Shown piece by piece: positions 63,701 to 64,000 of a stretch of DNA of 64,000 nucleotides; position 1 is the stretch's first letter, and each line of letters begins with the position of its first letter. Where the stretch lies: assembly GCA_964234715.1 (NCBI GenBank), contig OZ174280.1. One strand, 5' to 3'. Origin of the DNA: Podarcis melisellensis (taxonomy: Eukaryota). The position numbers and the translations under genes were made by a program. The notes under the pieces are model-generated. The model was not told the origin of the DNA and did not search any database. It was given only the letters and a program-made list of their open reading frames with translations.

Positions 63701-64000
63701 TATGTCCAGAAAAACCTTTCTGAATCATGGCCTATGTCTGCAGAATGTTGCACCACTTTGGCACAAACACAGTGGACTTATGCTACTGTGATTATTTTAG
63801 CCTATGATCAGGAGTCACAAAAAATGAACCATACATAACATTAGCTACATCAATTGTTAATTCTAATTTGCTGTGAGGAAGCAAAGCTGTTATAGATTCC
63901 CCCTGCTCCTAAAGCTAACTCCTTTTTGTTGTTGTGAAAAAGTACATGTCAGAAGGTCAAAATTAACGAAGAAAAATGCAAATTCAGAGTTCCACTGGAG

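Noticed and set aside
1-64000. CRISPR array, operon, endogenous virus, NUMT or autonomous transposon
   Set aside because: There is no regularly spaced repeat-spacer array and no long or recognisable viral, mitochondrial, RT or transposase ORF. Gene symbols were withheld because no exon peptide was recognised.

Overview
This is eukaryotic, vertebrate DNA that is mostly intronic or intergenic. Three Sauria SINEs identify it as a squamate genome; a lacertid lizard is my inference. There is no long ORF, and nearly all entries in the six-frame track are chance ORFs or retroelement remnants. The best gene reading is two convergent 3' ends. A + strand gene has candidate exons at 67-162, 3552-3587, 3839-3935 and 13600-13652, and a terminal exon from 20163. 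A - strand gene has a terminal exon of about 4.6 kb (32083 to about 27470) that is poor in transposons, carries four Pumilio elements and ends at AATAAA 27486-27491. I could not name either gene. The rest contains Sauria SINEs with intact target-site duplications (TSDs), older tRNA-derived SINEs, CR1 and L2 LINE 3' fragments, Tc1/mariner-type and hAT miniature inverted-repeat elements (MITEs, some nested), palindromic MITE families, microsatellites, and blocks rich in homeobox and SOX motifs. I found no convincing novel protein-coding system, viral insert, ribozyme or RNA gene. The best leads concern RNA processing: two reading frames open across spliced exons, inverted SINEs flanking two exons, a Pumilio cluster and candidate microexons. 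All analysis was by eye, and boundaries of old repeats are approximate.
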